A DNA stretch of 64,000 nt from an uncultured Oscillospiraceae bacterium (GCA_964370925.1 CAYJLH010000004.1:3167-67166), one strand, 5' to 3'; positions 48,354-59,169 are shown, numbered from the stretch's first letter. The notes: a model not told the origin generated them from the sequence alone. Program-made: numbers and translations.

Positions 48354-48941
48354 ATGTTAGAATGGTGGAACAGTTTAAGTTTTATACAGCAGATTTTAGG
48401 CGCAGTCGCCATACCATCGACCGTTATTTTATTGATACAAACCATTGCCGTTGCAGCCTCAGGTTTTGATGGTGACGGAGATATAGACACAGTCGATGTA
48501 GACGATGTTGATGATATCTCAAGTTTTGACGCAGCAGGAGTACAAATTTTTACAATTCGTGGGTTTATAACTTTCTTCTGCATTTTCGGTTGGTCGGGCA
48601 TTTGGCTTTTAGGAACTGACCTTGGCACAGTAATTTCATTTTTTGTCGCTTTTCTCCTCGGCGCTTCGGCGATGATGGGAACAGCTTATCTTGTGAAATT
48701 TTTTCTCACTCTCCAAGACAAGGGAAACCAGAATATCAATGACGCGCTTGGCTCAAGCGGAACTGTCTACATAAATGTACCGAAAGACCGCAACGGGCTT
48801 GGAAAAGTAACCGCCATTGTTTCTGGTCGATTGTCAGAGTTTGACGCCATGACAGACGACGAAGAAGACCTGAAAACAGGCGCATCTGTGACTATAATTT
48901 CAATAACCGAGCCAAATATTTTGATAGTCACAAAAAAATAG
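48354..48941 (+). CDS. NfeD-like membrane protein (partner of SPFH/flotillin)
   Basis: TM helices plus C-terminal OB-fold. Start set to ATG 48354 (RBS GGGTGAGG). Confidence 0.75.
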   Translation: MLEWWNSLSFIQQILGAVAIPSTVILLIQTIAVAASGFDGDGDIDTVDVDDVDDISSFDAAGVQIFTIRGFITFFCIFGWSGIWLLGTDLGTVISFFVAFLLGASAMMGTAYLVKFFLTLQDKGNQNINDALGSSGTVYINVPKDRNGLGKVTAIVSGRLSEFDAMTDDEEDLKTGASVTIISITEPNILIVTKK

Positions 48942-48980
48942 TTTATTCCAATTTGGTTTAAAAAATATATATTTGAAGGA

Positions 48981-50444
48981 GTGTATCTTATGCCATTAGA
49001 AGTATTAATCCTAATCGTTGTAGTCGTTGTGCTCATCTTTTCACTGCTCATAGTTTTACTGACAAGATACCGAAAATGCCCATCCGACAAAATCATGGTC
49101 ATCTACGGTAAAGTTGGTCAAAACAAAGACGGCTCGGCAAGAAGCGCCAGATGTATTCATGGTGGTGCGGCATTTATCGTGCCTGTCATCCAATCGTATG
49201 AATACCTAGACCTAACTCCCCTATCTATCCCTGTCGACCTTAGAAACGCACTTTCAAGGCAGAACATACGTATAGACGTACCCAGTAGATTTACTGTCGG
49301 TATTTCAACAGAACATGGCGTTATGCAAAACGCAGCCGAAAGACTTTTGGGTCTTAAATTACCTGAAATTCAAGAGCTTGCAAAGGACATTATCTTCGGT
49401 CAATTAAGACTTATCATCGCAACTATGGATATCGAGGAAATTAACACAGACCGTGATAAATTCCTTGCTGCTGTCTCGAATAACGTCGAAACTGAGCTTA
49501 AGAAAATTGGTCTTAGACTGATTAACGTCAACGTAACTGACATCACTGATGAATCAGGATATATCTTGGCTCTTGGTAAAGAAGCCGCTGCAAAAGCGAT
49601 AAATGACGCTAAAAAATCTGTTGCAGAAAAAGAGCGTGATGGTGCTATCGGTCAAGCAATTGCCGAAACCGACCAACGTGTTAAAGTTTCTGACGCCGAG
49701 GCTCAGGCGATTAGTGGTGAAAACGATGCACAAGTTGCAATTTCACTCAGCCACGCCCAACGTCGTGAAAAAGAAGCGGAAGCTCTTAAAATCGCTACCA
49801 GTGCCGAAAAAATCCAAGCCGCTAAAGCACTTGAAGATGCTTATGCTGCTGAAAAAGAAGCCGAAGCTGCTCGTTTCGCAAGAGAGCAAGCGACACTCGA
49901 AGCCGATGTTATCGTTAAAGCTCAAATCGCAAAACGTAAGCTTGAACTAGAAGCGGAAGCAAAAGCGGAAGAAACTCGCCGACATGCAAAGGGTGAAGCT
50001 GACGCTATATTCATGAAAATGGAAGCCGAAGCTCGTGGTATCGAAGAAATTCTAACCCGTCAGGCGAAAGGTCTTGCAGAGATTGTCAGAGCCGCCGGCG
50101 GAGATGCGAACAGCGCATTAAAGCTTATGCTTACTGACAAAATGGAAGAGCTACTTCGTATTCAAGTTGACTCTATCAAGAATATCAAGTTCGATAAAAT
50201 CACTGTTTGGGATGGTGGCAACGGAACTGCCGACGGCAAAACTTCAACCGCAAATTTCCTCTCCGGTCTTATGAAGAGCATCCCCCCTATTAACGACATG
50301 TTTGATATGGCTGGAATGAAGCTACCCGAATATCTCGGAAAAAATGCCGGTGATATTTCTGACATTGAGGACTTGATAAGCCAGAAATTGTCTGCTCAAA
50401 TACCAGTCCCCGTTCAGGCTGTGGAAGTGGAAGAAGAGGCATAA
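48981..50444 (+). CDS. flotillin-like SPFH/band-7 protein
   Basis: N-terminal TM, SPFH domain, long Ala/Glu-rich coiled coil (flotillin repeats). Confidence 0.85.
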   Translation: MYLMPLEVLILIVVVVVLIFSLLIVLLTRYRKCPSDKIMVIYGKVGQNKDGSARSARCIHGGAAFIVPVIQSYEYLDLTPLSIPVDLRNALSRQNIRIDVPSRFTVGISTEHGVMQNAAERLLGLKLPEIQELAKDIIFGQLRLIIATMDIEEINTDRDKFLAAVSNNVETELKKIGLRLINVNVTDITDESGYILALGKEAAAKAINDAKKSVAEKERDGAIGQAIAETDQRVKVSDAEAQAISGENDAQVAISLSHAQRREKEAEALKIATSAEKIQAAKALEDAYAAEKEAEAARFAREQATLEADVIVKAQIAKRKLELEAEAKAEETRRHAKGEADAIFMKMEAEARGIEEILTRQAKGLAEIVRAAGGDANSALKLMLTDKMEELLRIQVDSIKNIKFDKITVWDGGNGTADGKTSTANFLSGLMKSIPPINDMFDMAGMKLPEYLGKNAGDISDIEDLISQKLSAQIPVPVQAVEVEEEA

Positions 50445-50501
50445 ATTAAACAAAAAAATTGTTTTGTTTAATTTATAATAAGAAATGAACTAAAATTCAA
50501 A

Positions 50502-50561
50502 AACACCGTAATTCAGATGGCAGAGTTTTTAATTAAATTTTGCAATTACGGTGTTTTTTTA
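50502..50561 (+). terminator. intrinsic terminator after the flotillin gene
   Basis: aacaccgtaatt ... aattacggtgtt stem plus T7. Confidence 0.6.
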
Positions 50562-50642
50562 CTTTCAATATTCAATTTTGGGTTAAACTATGCTATAGTA
50601 ATATTATTAAACTAACAGATGAGTAAAGGAATGGTCATATTT

Positions 50643-52394
50643 ATGTCAAATTGGAACTTAGATGCACTCTATAAAGGATACGACAGCGCAGAATTTTTGG
50701 CTGACTTCAAAAGCTTACCTAAGCTAATCAATATGCTTGACGAGTTCACAGCGAAAAACAAGGAGCTAAGTGTTAAAACTTGTGATGAACTTCTCGAACT
50801 TTTGATGAAATTCGAGGTACTCGCCAGCAAATTACAAAGCTACATTTTCCTAAATTCCGCTACTGATACCACCGACGCCGTCACAATAGGATATCGCACT
50901 AAAATAGGTGTTATTTTGTCAAAATCCGCAAAAAGTATGAGTATAATAAAGAAATTACTCACAAATATCGACCTTGAAGCTTTCGAAAAAGAGAGTAAAT
51001 TAATAGCTGAACACCACTTCATGATAAGCGAAATTAAGGAAACAGGCAAATATTTGCTTAGCGATGAAGTCGAAGAAGTTATCAGCAAAATGCAACTTAA
51101 TGCCGCCGAAGCGTGGAGCAACTTACAAGAATATTTGACCTCAACTGTTAAAGTTGACTACGACGGCAAGGAAGTGACACTTTCAGAAATCCGAAATTTA
51201 GCCTACAGCAGTGATGCCTCTGTCCGCAAATCCGCCTACGAGGCCGAGATTTCCGCTTACGAAAAAATCAAAGATGCGACTGCATTTTCACTTAACAGCA
51301 TTAAGGGGCAGGCTGATATGCTCGCCGAGCTTCGTGGCTATAAATCTGTTCTTGATATGACCCTGATTGACTCTCGCATGAGCGAAGAAACGCTAAAATC
51401 TATGTTTAGTGCGATTAAAAAATATCTTCCGAAATTTCATGAGTATCTAGCGCATAAGGCTACTTTACTCGGACACAAAAACGGACTCCCCTTCTACGAT
51501 TTATTCGCGGAAATGAAGTCCGAAAACCCTCAAAAATTCACAATAGAAGAGGCAAAAGACTATTTAGTCAAGAATTTTGCGAGCTTCTCCCCTGCTGTCA
51601 GTGATTTAGTCATAGAGGCATATGAAAATGACTGGATAGATTTTTACCCTCAAAAAGGAAAAGTCGGTGGCGCTTTTTGTGATAATTTACCCTATATAAA
51701 ACAGAGCCGAATTTTACTAAATTTCGACGGTTCTATGTCGGATATTGTCACATTGGCGCATGAATTGGGACACGCTTATCACGGAAAATGCATAGAAAAC
51801 GAGTCTGCTTTAAACACAAATTACACCATGCCCGTTGCCGAAACTGCCTCAACTTTCAACGAAACTATCATCATGAATGCTGCGATAGCGGATGCAAAAA
51901 GCAAAGACGAAAAAGCCATGCTTATCGAGACTATGCTACAGGATTTCACACAGGTTATATGCGATATTTACTCACGATTCATCTTCGAAAGTGAAGTTGT
52001 AGACCGCAGAAAAACCGAATTTTTGCAAAGTTCTGACCTGTGCTCTATTATGATTAATGCACAAAAAGAAGCCTATGGAAAGGGTCTTGACGAGAATTTC
52101 TTGCATCCGTATATGTGGGTTAATAAAGGTCACTATTATATTGCCGGCTTGAATTTTTATAATTTCCCCTATGCATTTGGCGCACTTTTTGCAAAAGGTT
52201 TGTTTGCTCAATTCAAAAAAGAGCCACAGATTTTTGTTGAAAAATACGATAAACTTCTAAATGCAACCGTCACCGCAACTTGTGAAGATGTCGCAAAAAT
52301 GGCTGATATTGATATCACTAAAGAGGATTTTTGGCTGGATTCATTGGAGCTTATGTGCGAATATATAGATGAATTTATTAAACTTACAAGTTAA
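50643..52394 (+). CDS. pepF: oligoendopeptidase F (M3B)
   Basis: HELGHAYHG zinc motif. M3 family length. Confidence 0.85.
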   Translation: MSNWNLDALYKGYDSAEFLADFKSLPKLINMLDEFTAKNKELSVKTCDELLELLMKFEVLASKLQSYIFLNSATDTTDAVTIGYRTKIGVILSKSAKSMSIIKKLLTNIDLEAFEKESKLIAEHHFMISEIKETGKYLLSDEVEEVISKMQLNAAEAWSNLQEYLTSTVKVDYDGKEVTLSEIRNLAYSSDASVRKSAYEAEISAYEKIKDATAFSLNSIKGQADMLAELRGYKSVLDMTLIDSRMSEETLKSMFSAIKKYLPKFHEYLAHKATLLGHKNGLPFYDLFAEMKSENPQKFTIEEAKDYLVKNFASFSPAVSDLVIEAYENDWIDFYPQKGKVGGAFCDNLPYIKQSRILLNFDGSMSDIVTLAHELGHAYHGKCIENESALNTNYTMPVAETASTFNETIIMNAAIADAKSKDEKAMLIETMLQDFTQVICDIYSRFIFESEVVDRRKTEFLQSSDLCSIMINAQKEAYGKGLDENFLHPYMWVNKGHYYIAGLNFYNFPYAFGALFAKGLFAQFKKEPQIFVEKYDKLLNATVTATCEDVAKMADIDITKEDFWLDSLELMCEYIDEFIKLTS

Positions 52395-52401
52395 TGAAAA
52401 T

Positions 52402-52432
52402 AAAAAAATCCGCCTCACGGCGGATTTTTTTA
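52402..52432. terminator. bidirectional intrinsic terminator
   Basis: aaatccgcc-tcac-ggcggattt flanked by A- and T-runs between convergent pepF and ptsI. Confidence 0.65.
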
Positions 52433-52438
52433 TAAGAT

Positions 52439-54061
52439 TTAGCCAACAGTGCTGACTTTTTCACGTACTGAAAGTACAGAAGTCGGTGTAACTGATAGCT
52501 CGTCAATTCCAATTCTGCAGAAGAACTCAGTTAGTTCTAAATCTGCACCAAGCTCACCACAAATACCAATCATGATACCGTTATCGTGAGCATTTTTTGC
52601 TGCTGTTTCGATTAGACGCAAAATAGCATCGTGGTGGATATCGCAGAACTGTTCAATGCTCTCATTTTGACGGTCAACAGCCATTGTGTATTGTGTCAAG
52701 TCGTTTGTTCCTACGCTGAAGAAGTCAACTTCTTTTGCAAGTAGGTCAGAAATAATCGCAGCAGCTGGAGTTTCAATCATAATTCCAACTGGAACTTCAA
52801 GTTTGAATTCAACTTTTTCTGCAATTAGTTCTCTCTTAACTTCTTCTAGGATTTCTTTTGCCTTACGTACTTCCCATACAGATGTTACCATAGGTAGCAT
52901 GATGTAGATATTTCCGTGTGTAGCCGCTCTCAAAAGTGCTCTAAGTTGAGTTTTGAAAATTTCTGGCTTTGTTAGGCAAATTCTAAGCGCACGAAGACCC
53001 ATAGCTGGATTTTCTTCGATTGGTAGGTTGAAATATGATGCTTGTTTATCAGCACCAATGTCAAGTGTACGGATGATGACGGGTTTGCCATTCATTTTCT
53101 TTGCAACTGCGCTGTATGCACTGTATTGCTCTTCCTCTGTGGGATAGTCATTGCTCTCAAGGTATAGGAATTCACTTCTGAATAGACCAATACCCTCTGC
53201 GCCGTTTTCAAGAACTGCATCAACGTCAGCAACACAACCGATATTTGCATAAACACCCATGTGTCTGCCTGATTTTGTTACTGTTTCTTTGTCTTTAAAC
53301 TTTAGAAGTCTGTCTTGCTCTTCTTCAAGTTTCTTTTTCTTTGCCATTTTGTCGGCTAGAATTGCCTCATCAGGCTCAACAATAACTTCACCTGTTTCAC
53401 CATCTAGGACTATCATTTTTCCGTCATATTCTTCAAGTAGACTTTCACCTAGACCGATAACAGCAGGAATTCCCAATGTTCTTGAGAAAATCGCTGTGTG
53501 TGAATTTTTACTACCCATTGCTGTCGCAATGCCGAGAACTCTTTCACGATCAAATTGAGCGGTTTCACTTGGAGTAAAGTCGTCACCAGCATAGATTGAT
53601 GGCTCTGAGTATGAAGCCTTGTCCATAGCAACACCCATCAAAATTTCAATAACTCTGCGTGAAACGTCGAAAACGTCAACCGCACGAGCTTTCATATATT
53701 CATCTTCCATCTCAGCAAACATAGAAGAAAATTGCTTTGCAACTTCGCTAACCGCATATTCTGCGTTTGACTTATTATCTTTTATGTAATCCACAATTGT
53801 GTCGTGGTAATCTAAGTCCTCGAGCATCATTTGGTGAATTTCAAATAGCAGTGAGTTTTGTTGTCCGAGTTTTGCAGCAGTTTCAACCGCAAGATGTCCC
53901 AGTTGAGTTATTGCTAGGCTTCTTGCTTTTTCAAAGCGGTCTACTTCCGCCTCTACGTCTGCAACCTCTGTAAAACTGACTTCTAGTGCCTTTTGTCCGC
54001 AGAAATTTATTTTTCCGATTGCTATACCCTTTGATACGCCTGTTCCCTGTAGCTTAATCAT
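52439..54061 (-). CDS. ptsI: phosphoenolpyruvate-protein phosphotransferase (PTS enzyme I)
   Basis: N-terminal HPr-binding, phospho-His (GSKNSHTAI) and PEP-utilizing C-terminal domains. RBS GGAGG. Confidence 0.85.
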   Translation of the reverse strand: MIKLQGTGVSKGIAIGKINFCGQKALEVSFTEVADVEAEVDRFEKARSLAITQLGHLAVETAAKLGQQNSLLFEIHQMMLEDLDYHDTIVDYIKDNKSNAEYAVSEVAKQFSSMFAEMEDEYMKARAVDVFDVSRRVIEILMGVAMDKASYSEPSIYAGDDFTPSETAQFDRERVLGIATAMGSKNSHTAIFSRTLGIPAVIGLGESLLEEYDGKMIVLDGETGEVIVEPDEAILADKMAKKKKLEEEQDRLLKFKDKETVTKSGRHMGVYANIGCVADVDAVLENGAEGIGLFRSEFLYLESNDYPTEEEQYSAYSAVAKKMNGKPVIIRTLDIGADKQASYFNLPIEENPAMGLRALRICLTKPEIFKTQLRALLRAATHGNIYIMLPMVTSVWEVRKAKEILEEVKRELIAEKVEFKLEVPVGIMIETPAAAIISDLLAKEVDFFSVGTNDLTQYTMAVDRQNESIEQFCDIHHDAILRLIETAAKNAHDNGIMIGICGELGADLELTEFFCRIGIDELSVTPTSVLSVREKVSTVG

Positions 54062-54079
54062 TAATATTCCTCCAAGATT

Positions 54080-55027
54080 TTATTTTTTCTCCATGAAATC
54101 CTTAATTTTTGCATAGATGCCATCTGCATCCAAACCATATTTTTTGATAAGTTCTGCCGCTGGGCCAGACTCGCCAAATACATCATTGATACCGATTTTC
54201 AAAACTTTTGTCGGTGCATTTTCGGATAGTGTATCACAAACTGCACTTCCAAGTCCGCCAATAACGGAATGCTCTTCAATAGTAACAACTCTGCCTGTTT
54301 CTTTCGCAGCAGAAATGATTAGTTCTTCATCTAGGGGCTTAATTGTGTGTATATTTATAACTTTTGCTTCGATTCCCTCTTGCGCCAATCTTTCGGCAAC
54401 AACCAATGTTTCGGATACGGGCAGACCTGTAGCAACCAAAGTTATGTCTTTACCCTCACGCAAAACGATTCCTTTTCCGATTTCGAACTTGTAATCGGGT
54501 TTATCATTGATAACAGGAACAGGCATTCTTCCAAAACGTAGATACACAGGGCCATAATGCTCATAAGCTGCTTCAACTGCTGCTTTTGCCTCTACATCGT
54601 CTGATGGATTTAAAACAACCATTCCGGGAATTGTTCTCATAAGCGCAAGGTCTTCGTTGCATTGGTGAGTTGCACCGTCTTCACCAACAGAAATTCCGGC
54701 ATGAGTTGCGCCGATTTTTACATTTAATTTTGGGTAGCCAACAGAGTTTCTAACTTGCTCGAAAGCTCTTCCAGCTGCAAACATAGCAAATGAGCTTGCA
54801 AATGCAACTTTTCCTGTTGCTGCAAGACCTGCTGCTACGCCAACCATGTTAGATTCTGCAATACCGCAGTTTATGTGTCTTTCAGGGAATGCCTTTTTGA
54901 AAACACCTGTTTTTGTTGCACCGGCTAAGTCAGAATCAAGCACAACAACATTGTCATATTTCTCGCCTAAAGTAACCAAAGCGTTACCATAGCTATCTCT
55001 AGTTGCAATCTTTTTTACTTCTGACAT
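54080..55027 (-). CDS. transketolase, C-terminal subunit
   Basis: Pyrimidine-binding and C-terminal domains of split transketolase. Confidence 0.9.
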   Translation of the reverse strand: MSEVKKIATRDSYGNALVTLGEKYDNVVVLDSDLAGATKTGVFKKAFPERHINCGIAESNMVGVAAGLAATGKVAFASSFAMFAAGRAFEQVRNSVGYPKLNVKIGATHAGISVGEDGATHQCNEDLALMRTIPGMVVLNPSDDVEAKAAVEAAYEHYGPVYLRFGRMPVPVINDKPDYKFEIGKGIVLREGKDITLVATGLPVSETLVVAERLAQEGIEAKVINIHTIKPLDEELIISAAKETGRVVTIEEHSVIGGLGSAVCDTLSENAPTKVLKIGINDVFGESGPAAELIKKYGLDADGIYAKIKDFMEKK

Positions 55028-55851
55028 ATAGCTTCACCAACCTTTTCTAATTCTGCCATTGCAATTTCAAATTCCTCAGCATTAGGAGCTTTACCATGCC
55101 AACCAGCGTTGTTTTCCATAAAGCTGATGCTTTTTCCTTTAACGGTTTTTGCAATGATTGCTGTGGGTTTTCCTTTAATCGTCTTTGCTTCGTCAAATGC
55201 AGCTTGCAATTCTTCGAAATTATGACCATCGACATTAATAACATGAAAATTGAAAGCTTCAAATTTCTTGTCAATTGGATATGGTGAGTTGACATCGCAA
55301 ACAGCACCGTCGATTTGCAAGTTGTTATTGTCAACAATAACGACTAGATTATCTAGGTTTCTGTGTCCTGCAAGCATAGAAGCTTCCCAAACTTGACCCT
55401 CTTGAAGTTCACCATCGCCGACCAATGTGTAAACTCTGTAATCATCATTTGATAGCTTAGCGGAAATCGCCATTCCAACAGCAGTCGAAATACCTTGTCC
55501 CAGTGAACCTGAGGACATGTCAACTCCTGGAATATTTTTCATATCGGGATGTCCTTGAAGATAAGAGCCCACCTTACGTAGTGTTGCTAAATCCTCAACA
55601 GGGAAAAATCCTCTGTGCGCAAGCGCTGAGTAATAACCCGGCGCTGTGTGTCCTTTTGAAAGAACAAAGCGATCACGCTTCTCCATTTTGGGGTTTTTAG
55701 GGTCGATGTTTAGTTCTTTGAAGAAAAGATATGTATATATCTCTGTTGCAGACAAAGAACCACCGGGATGACCTGATTTTGCATTGAAAACAGCAGTTAG
55801 AATACCTTTTCTAACTTCGTTTGCCATCTTCTTAAGTTCTAATAAATTCAT
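55015..55851 (-). CDS. transketolase, N-terminal (TPP-binding) subunit
   Basis: GDG...E TPP motif. Start at ATG 55851 (RBS GAAGGAG). Confidence 0.9.
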   Translation of the reverse strand: MNLLELKKMANEVRKGILTAVFNAKSGHPGGSLSATEIYTYLFFKELNIDPKNPKMEKRDRFVLSKGHTAPGYYSALAHRGFFPVEDLATLRKVGSYLQGHPDMKNIPGVDMSSGSLGQGISTAVGMAISAKLSNDDYRVYTLVGDGELQEGQVWEASMLAGHRNLDNLVVIVDNNNLQIDGAVCDVNSPYPIDKKFEAFNFHVINVDGHNFEELQAAFDEAKTIKGKPTAIIAKTVKGKSISFMENNAGWHGKAPNAEEFEIAMAELEKVGEAICQK

Positions 55852-56089
55852 GTACGCTCCTTCACTCATCAATAGTTTTTGACAAATTTTTACTCAAATA
55901 AGTTTAGCTAATAACATTTTTACATTGTATCATTTTTCTTGCTTTCAGTCACTACTTTTTCAAAATTTTTTTTGCAAATTATCATACAAATAAAATCATT
56001 TTTTTGTAACATTTGTCAATTTCTTAGCGAATGTTCATAAAAAATGACTGATATGATAATTACCTAAATTATCCTAAAAACTTATATCC

Positions 56090-57454
56090 CTAGATTGACG
56101 ATAAATATAGGTCTAACATTATCGCAACCATAATATTATATCTATATCTTGTTACTGGCTCTTCCTCTTCATTTTCAGCTAATTCTGTCGCTTCTTCCTT
56201 GGCAATTGTCACCTCATCGACTAGGCTCATATCCACAGAGTTTGAGCGAAATGTAGAAATTTTAATGCTGTCATCTGTTATTATTACATTTGAAATATTC
56301 GGCACATATTCCTGATTTGCAACCGCAACATAGTTAAAACTTGAAAGCTCGTTATGCAATCCATAATACTTGCTGCCACTAGTTGAATTTGCGGTGATAT
56401 AAAGCACTTCGCCCTCTTTTGGCATTAGTATATCACCAGATTTCGCAGGCTCACTTGGTATAACAGGGTTTGCGCCATTCATCAAATGGCTTCTCGTGTA
56501 AACATGGTCATGCCCTGTGAAAACCACATCAACACCAAGCTGACTGAACACAGGCACAAGGCTATCACGCATACTGTAAACTATTGGATCTTTTGCATGT
56601 GAACCCGCGCTATATGGGGCATAATGAGTGTATACAATCGCCCACTCGTGAGGAACAGCGCTCATAGTTTCTTGCATAAATTGTGCGTGGTTTGCCTCAC
56701 TCAAACTGCTATTCGTATTTAAATTCATAAATAGCACATCGCCTTGGACGAAATACGAGTTTGCACCGTCGACCCCTGTTTTACTAACTGTAGACCCATA
56801 TCCGCTTACGTTTGGCACTGCAAAATGGGCAGAATAAATATCACTGTTTACATCGTGATTGCCAACCGTGACAGCAACAGGAAATTTTCTGACCTGTTCG
56901 GGAGTTGTAAATGCGTCATATTCCGCCTCATTAGATGGGTTGTCTACTTGGTCACCCATGGACAAAACGAAGTCTGTTTCAGGGAATTTTGCTATTCCAT
57001 TTGAAATACTTGTGACCCAAGCATTTGTAAGTCCACTCAGATTGTATGTTCCAAATTGCGTGTCCCCTACCACCAGAAAATTGAGCTCCGCTTCAACATC
57101 GGTCGTGGTGAATGAATAAATTTCAGACCCAGTACTACCGCAGTAGACCTGATAGTAATAGTCTGTATTTTGTTCTAAATCTGTCGCTTTTGCAGAATAT
57201 CCGAAAGTTCCGGTTTTGCTTGCGGTTATTTCCGCCGTTAGTTCTGTCGCTTCGCTCATGTCAGCATTTCTTGAAATATACGCCTTGCTTCCCTCCGCTT
57301 TTTGATTGCTGTACCACGCGAACATGCGCTCTGTTTCGTCACTTCCAACCTGTAAAATAATATTCTCAGGAGCGATTAAGCTTGCGCTTGCAAGCACTCC
57401 TATATTTATAAAAGTCGAAAAAATTAGCGCCGTGCTTAAAAGTAGTTTTTTCAT
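56090..57454 (-). CDS. secreted calcineurin-like metallophosphoesterase (purple-acid-phosphatase-like)
   Basis: Signal peptide. FN3-like N-domain. GDQVD, GNHD and GHDH motifs. Confidence 0.8.
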   Translation of the reverse strand: MKKLLLSTALIFSTFINIGVLASASLIAPENIILQVGSDETERMFAWYSNQKAEGSKAYISRNADMSEATELTAEITASKTGTFGYSAKATDLEQNTDYYYQVYCGSTGSEIYSFTTTDVEAELNFLVVGDTQFGTYNLSGLTNAWVTSISNGIAKFPETDFVLSMGDQVDNPSNEAEYDAFTTPEQVRKFPVAVTVGNHDVNSDIYSAHFAVPNVSGYGSTVSKTGVDGANSYFVQGDVLFMNLNTNSSLSEANHAQFMQETMSAVPHEWAIVYTHYAPYSAGSHAKDPIVYSMRDSLVPVFSQLGVDVVFTGHDHVYTRSHLMNGANPVIPSEPAKSGDILMPKEGEVLYITANSTSGSKYYGLHNELSSFNYVAVANQEYVPNISNVIITDDSIKISTFRSNSVDMSLVDEVTIAKEEATELAENEEEEPVTRYRYNIMVAIMLDLYLSSI

Positions 57455-57466
57455 ACATCCGTCCTT

Positions 57467-57820
57467 TTAATAGCTTTTTAAAAATGCCTTTATTTCTTTA
57501 ATCTCAGCCTCCGTTAGCTCTTTTTTCGAACCGAGCGCCGTCAAAAATTTCGCCAGCGAGCCATCGAAGTTGTCGTCTAAAAACTTCATACTCATAGTCG
57601 CCTCGAGTTCAGTTTTTGACACTAGTGAGGTTACTATACCGCAATCATTGCGAAAAATTTCCCTGTCGCAAAGTCGCTTTAGTATAGTGTATGTAGTTGA
57701 TTTTTTCCAGCTCAACTCCGCTTCGGCGATTTTAACCAAACCGCCCGAGGTCAATGGTTCGTTATCCCATATTAAGTTTGCAAAACGCATTTCAACTTCG
57801 CCTAGTCTATATTCCGCCAT
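57467..57820 (-). CDS. BlaI/MecI/CopY-family winged-helix repressor
   Basis: 117-aa Penicillinase_R fold. 12-bp gap to the downstream metallophosphoesterase gene. Confidence 0.8.
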   Translation of the reverse strand: MAEYRLGEVEMRFANLIWDNEPLTSGGLVKIAEAELSWKKSTTYTILKRLCDREIFRNDCGIVTSLVSKTELEATMSMKFLDDNFDGSLAKFLTALGSKKELTEAEIKEIKAFLKSY

Positions 57821-57961
57821 AATTCTACCTCTTTCAAAGTTTTTAGCTACAGTTTACACCATGTAGACCGATTTGTCAATTATTCTCAATTAATAAAATT
57901 GACAATCGAACTCACATTTATTATAATGGTTGCACATCAAAAATTTGACAGGAGACTTAAA

Positions 57962-59080
57962 ATGAAAAAGGTAACCCTTTCCATATTATTTTCTATTTTT
58001 GCTTTTTCAGCAACTGCTTGTGGAGCACCAGGTGCTGATGTTATAGTAACTCCCACACCCGAGCCAGAGGACAAGGTCTCGGAAATTGTTGACGATGCAT
58101 TGAATTTGGTCGACTCTACTTTAGACTTTGCCACTGATATTTTAGGTGGCGATGATGAAAATTCAGACAGTACAAATACAGATGTCGATACCACTAGCGG
58201 AGACAAAATCGGCGATATTGTCGACACTGCCTTGGATTTAACGGGTGAAGTTTTGGATGTAACCATTGACGTAGTTTCAGAAATCGGTAACAATGATGAC
58301 GACACAAATGATAATGGCAGAACTTGGCAAGACGAGGCAATAGCTGTCGCCACACAAATTCACACCGCTTTAAGCACGCATGACAGTGCTTTAGTGAAAA
58401 GTTTGTTCTCAACTAAAATTCAAAATATTTCAGATATTGACTCACAAATAGACAGTTTTTTGTCGAATTTTGATGGAAGTGATTTTGAGTATGAAGATGT
58501 AACAATTGAAAAACTTGAAAATGATGGTCTTGGAATTTGGGAAGATGTAGAAACTATTGCTACTTTTTTCGATGTCACGACAAATACCGGTAAGGAATAT
58601 GACCAAATTTCAATCGCTATGATTTTTTCCAGTGGTGAGGATGAATTAGTCGGCTTGAAGAGTATCACATTGATTGAGTCGAGCGGAAAAAGCGCTTTTT
58701 CACTCAGACCGCTAACTATAAATTTCTTCGAAGATATGGACGGAGATGACCTACCTGCTGAAATTGAAAATGCAATCGGCACTAGCGACACCATTTGGGA
58801 CACAGACGGCGACGGAATTCGTGATGTTAATGAATTTTTGCCCAGCGAAATGCTGTTTGGAGGCTCAAGCACAAAATATGTTGATAGACTTGAAATAGCC
58901 GAGGAGTATTTGAGCCGAAAAATCGAAACTCTTGTCATGGTCGACTCTTACCATCTTGGTGAGGAAATTTCTGTATATTACGACTACGATTTTGACGGAA
59001 ACGGCTACCTAAGCGAGGGTGAATATGACATGTTTTCCCAAAAACATGGAACTTTGCCCTCATATCGCCTAAATTATTGA
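57962..59080 (+). CDS. acidic lipoprotein with two EF-hand/dockerin-like Ca-binding loops
   Basis: Lipobox SATAC. DTDGDGIRDVNE and DFDGNGYLSEGE loops. Start at ATG 57962 (RBS CAGGAGA) with TTGACA-17-TATAAT promoter at 57897-57925. Confidence 0.6.
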   Translation: MKKVTLSILFSIFAFSATACGAPGADVIVTPTPEPEDKVSEIVDDALNLVDSTLDFATDILGGDDENSDSTNTDVDTTSGDKIGDIVDTALDLTGEVLDVTIDVVSEIGNNDDDTNDNGRTWQDEAIAVATQIHTALSTHDSALVKSLFSTKIQNISDIDSQIDSFLSNFDGSDFEYEDVTIEKLENDGLGIWEDVETIATFFDVTTNTGKEYDQISIAMIFSSGEDELVGLKSITLIESSGKSAFSLRPLTINFFEDMDGDDLPAEIENAIGTSDTIWDTDGDGIRDVNEFLPSEMLFGGSSTKYVDRLEIAEEYLSRKIETLVMVDSYHLGEEISVYYDYDFDGNGYLSEGEYDMFSQKHGTLPSYRLNY

Positions 59081-59169
59081 TAATATTTTAACTTAACATA
59101 TTTACAATTATGTAATTTGGCTGTATAATGATTTAATGTATTAAACTAATAGAAAGTCTGAGGTCCACC

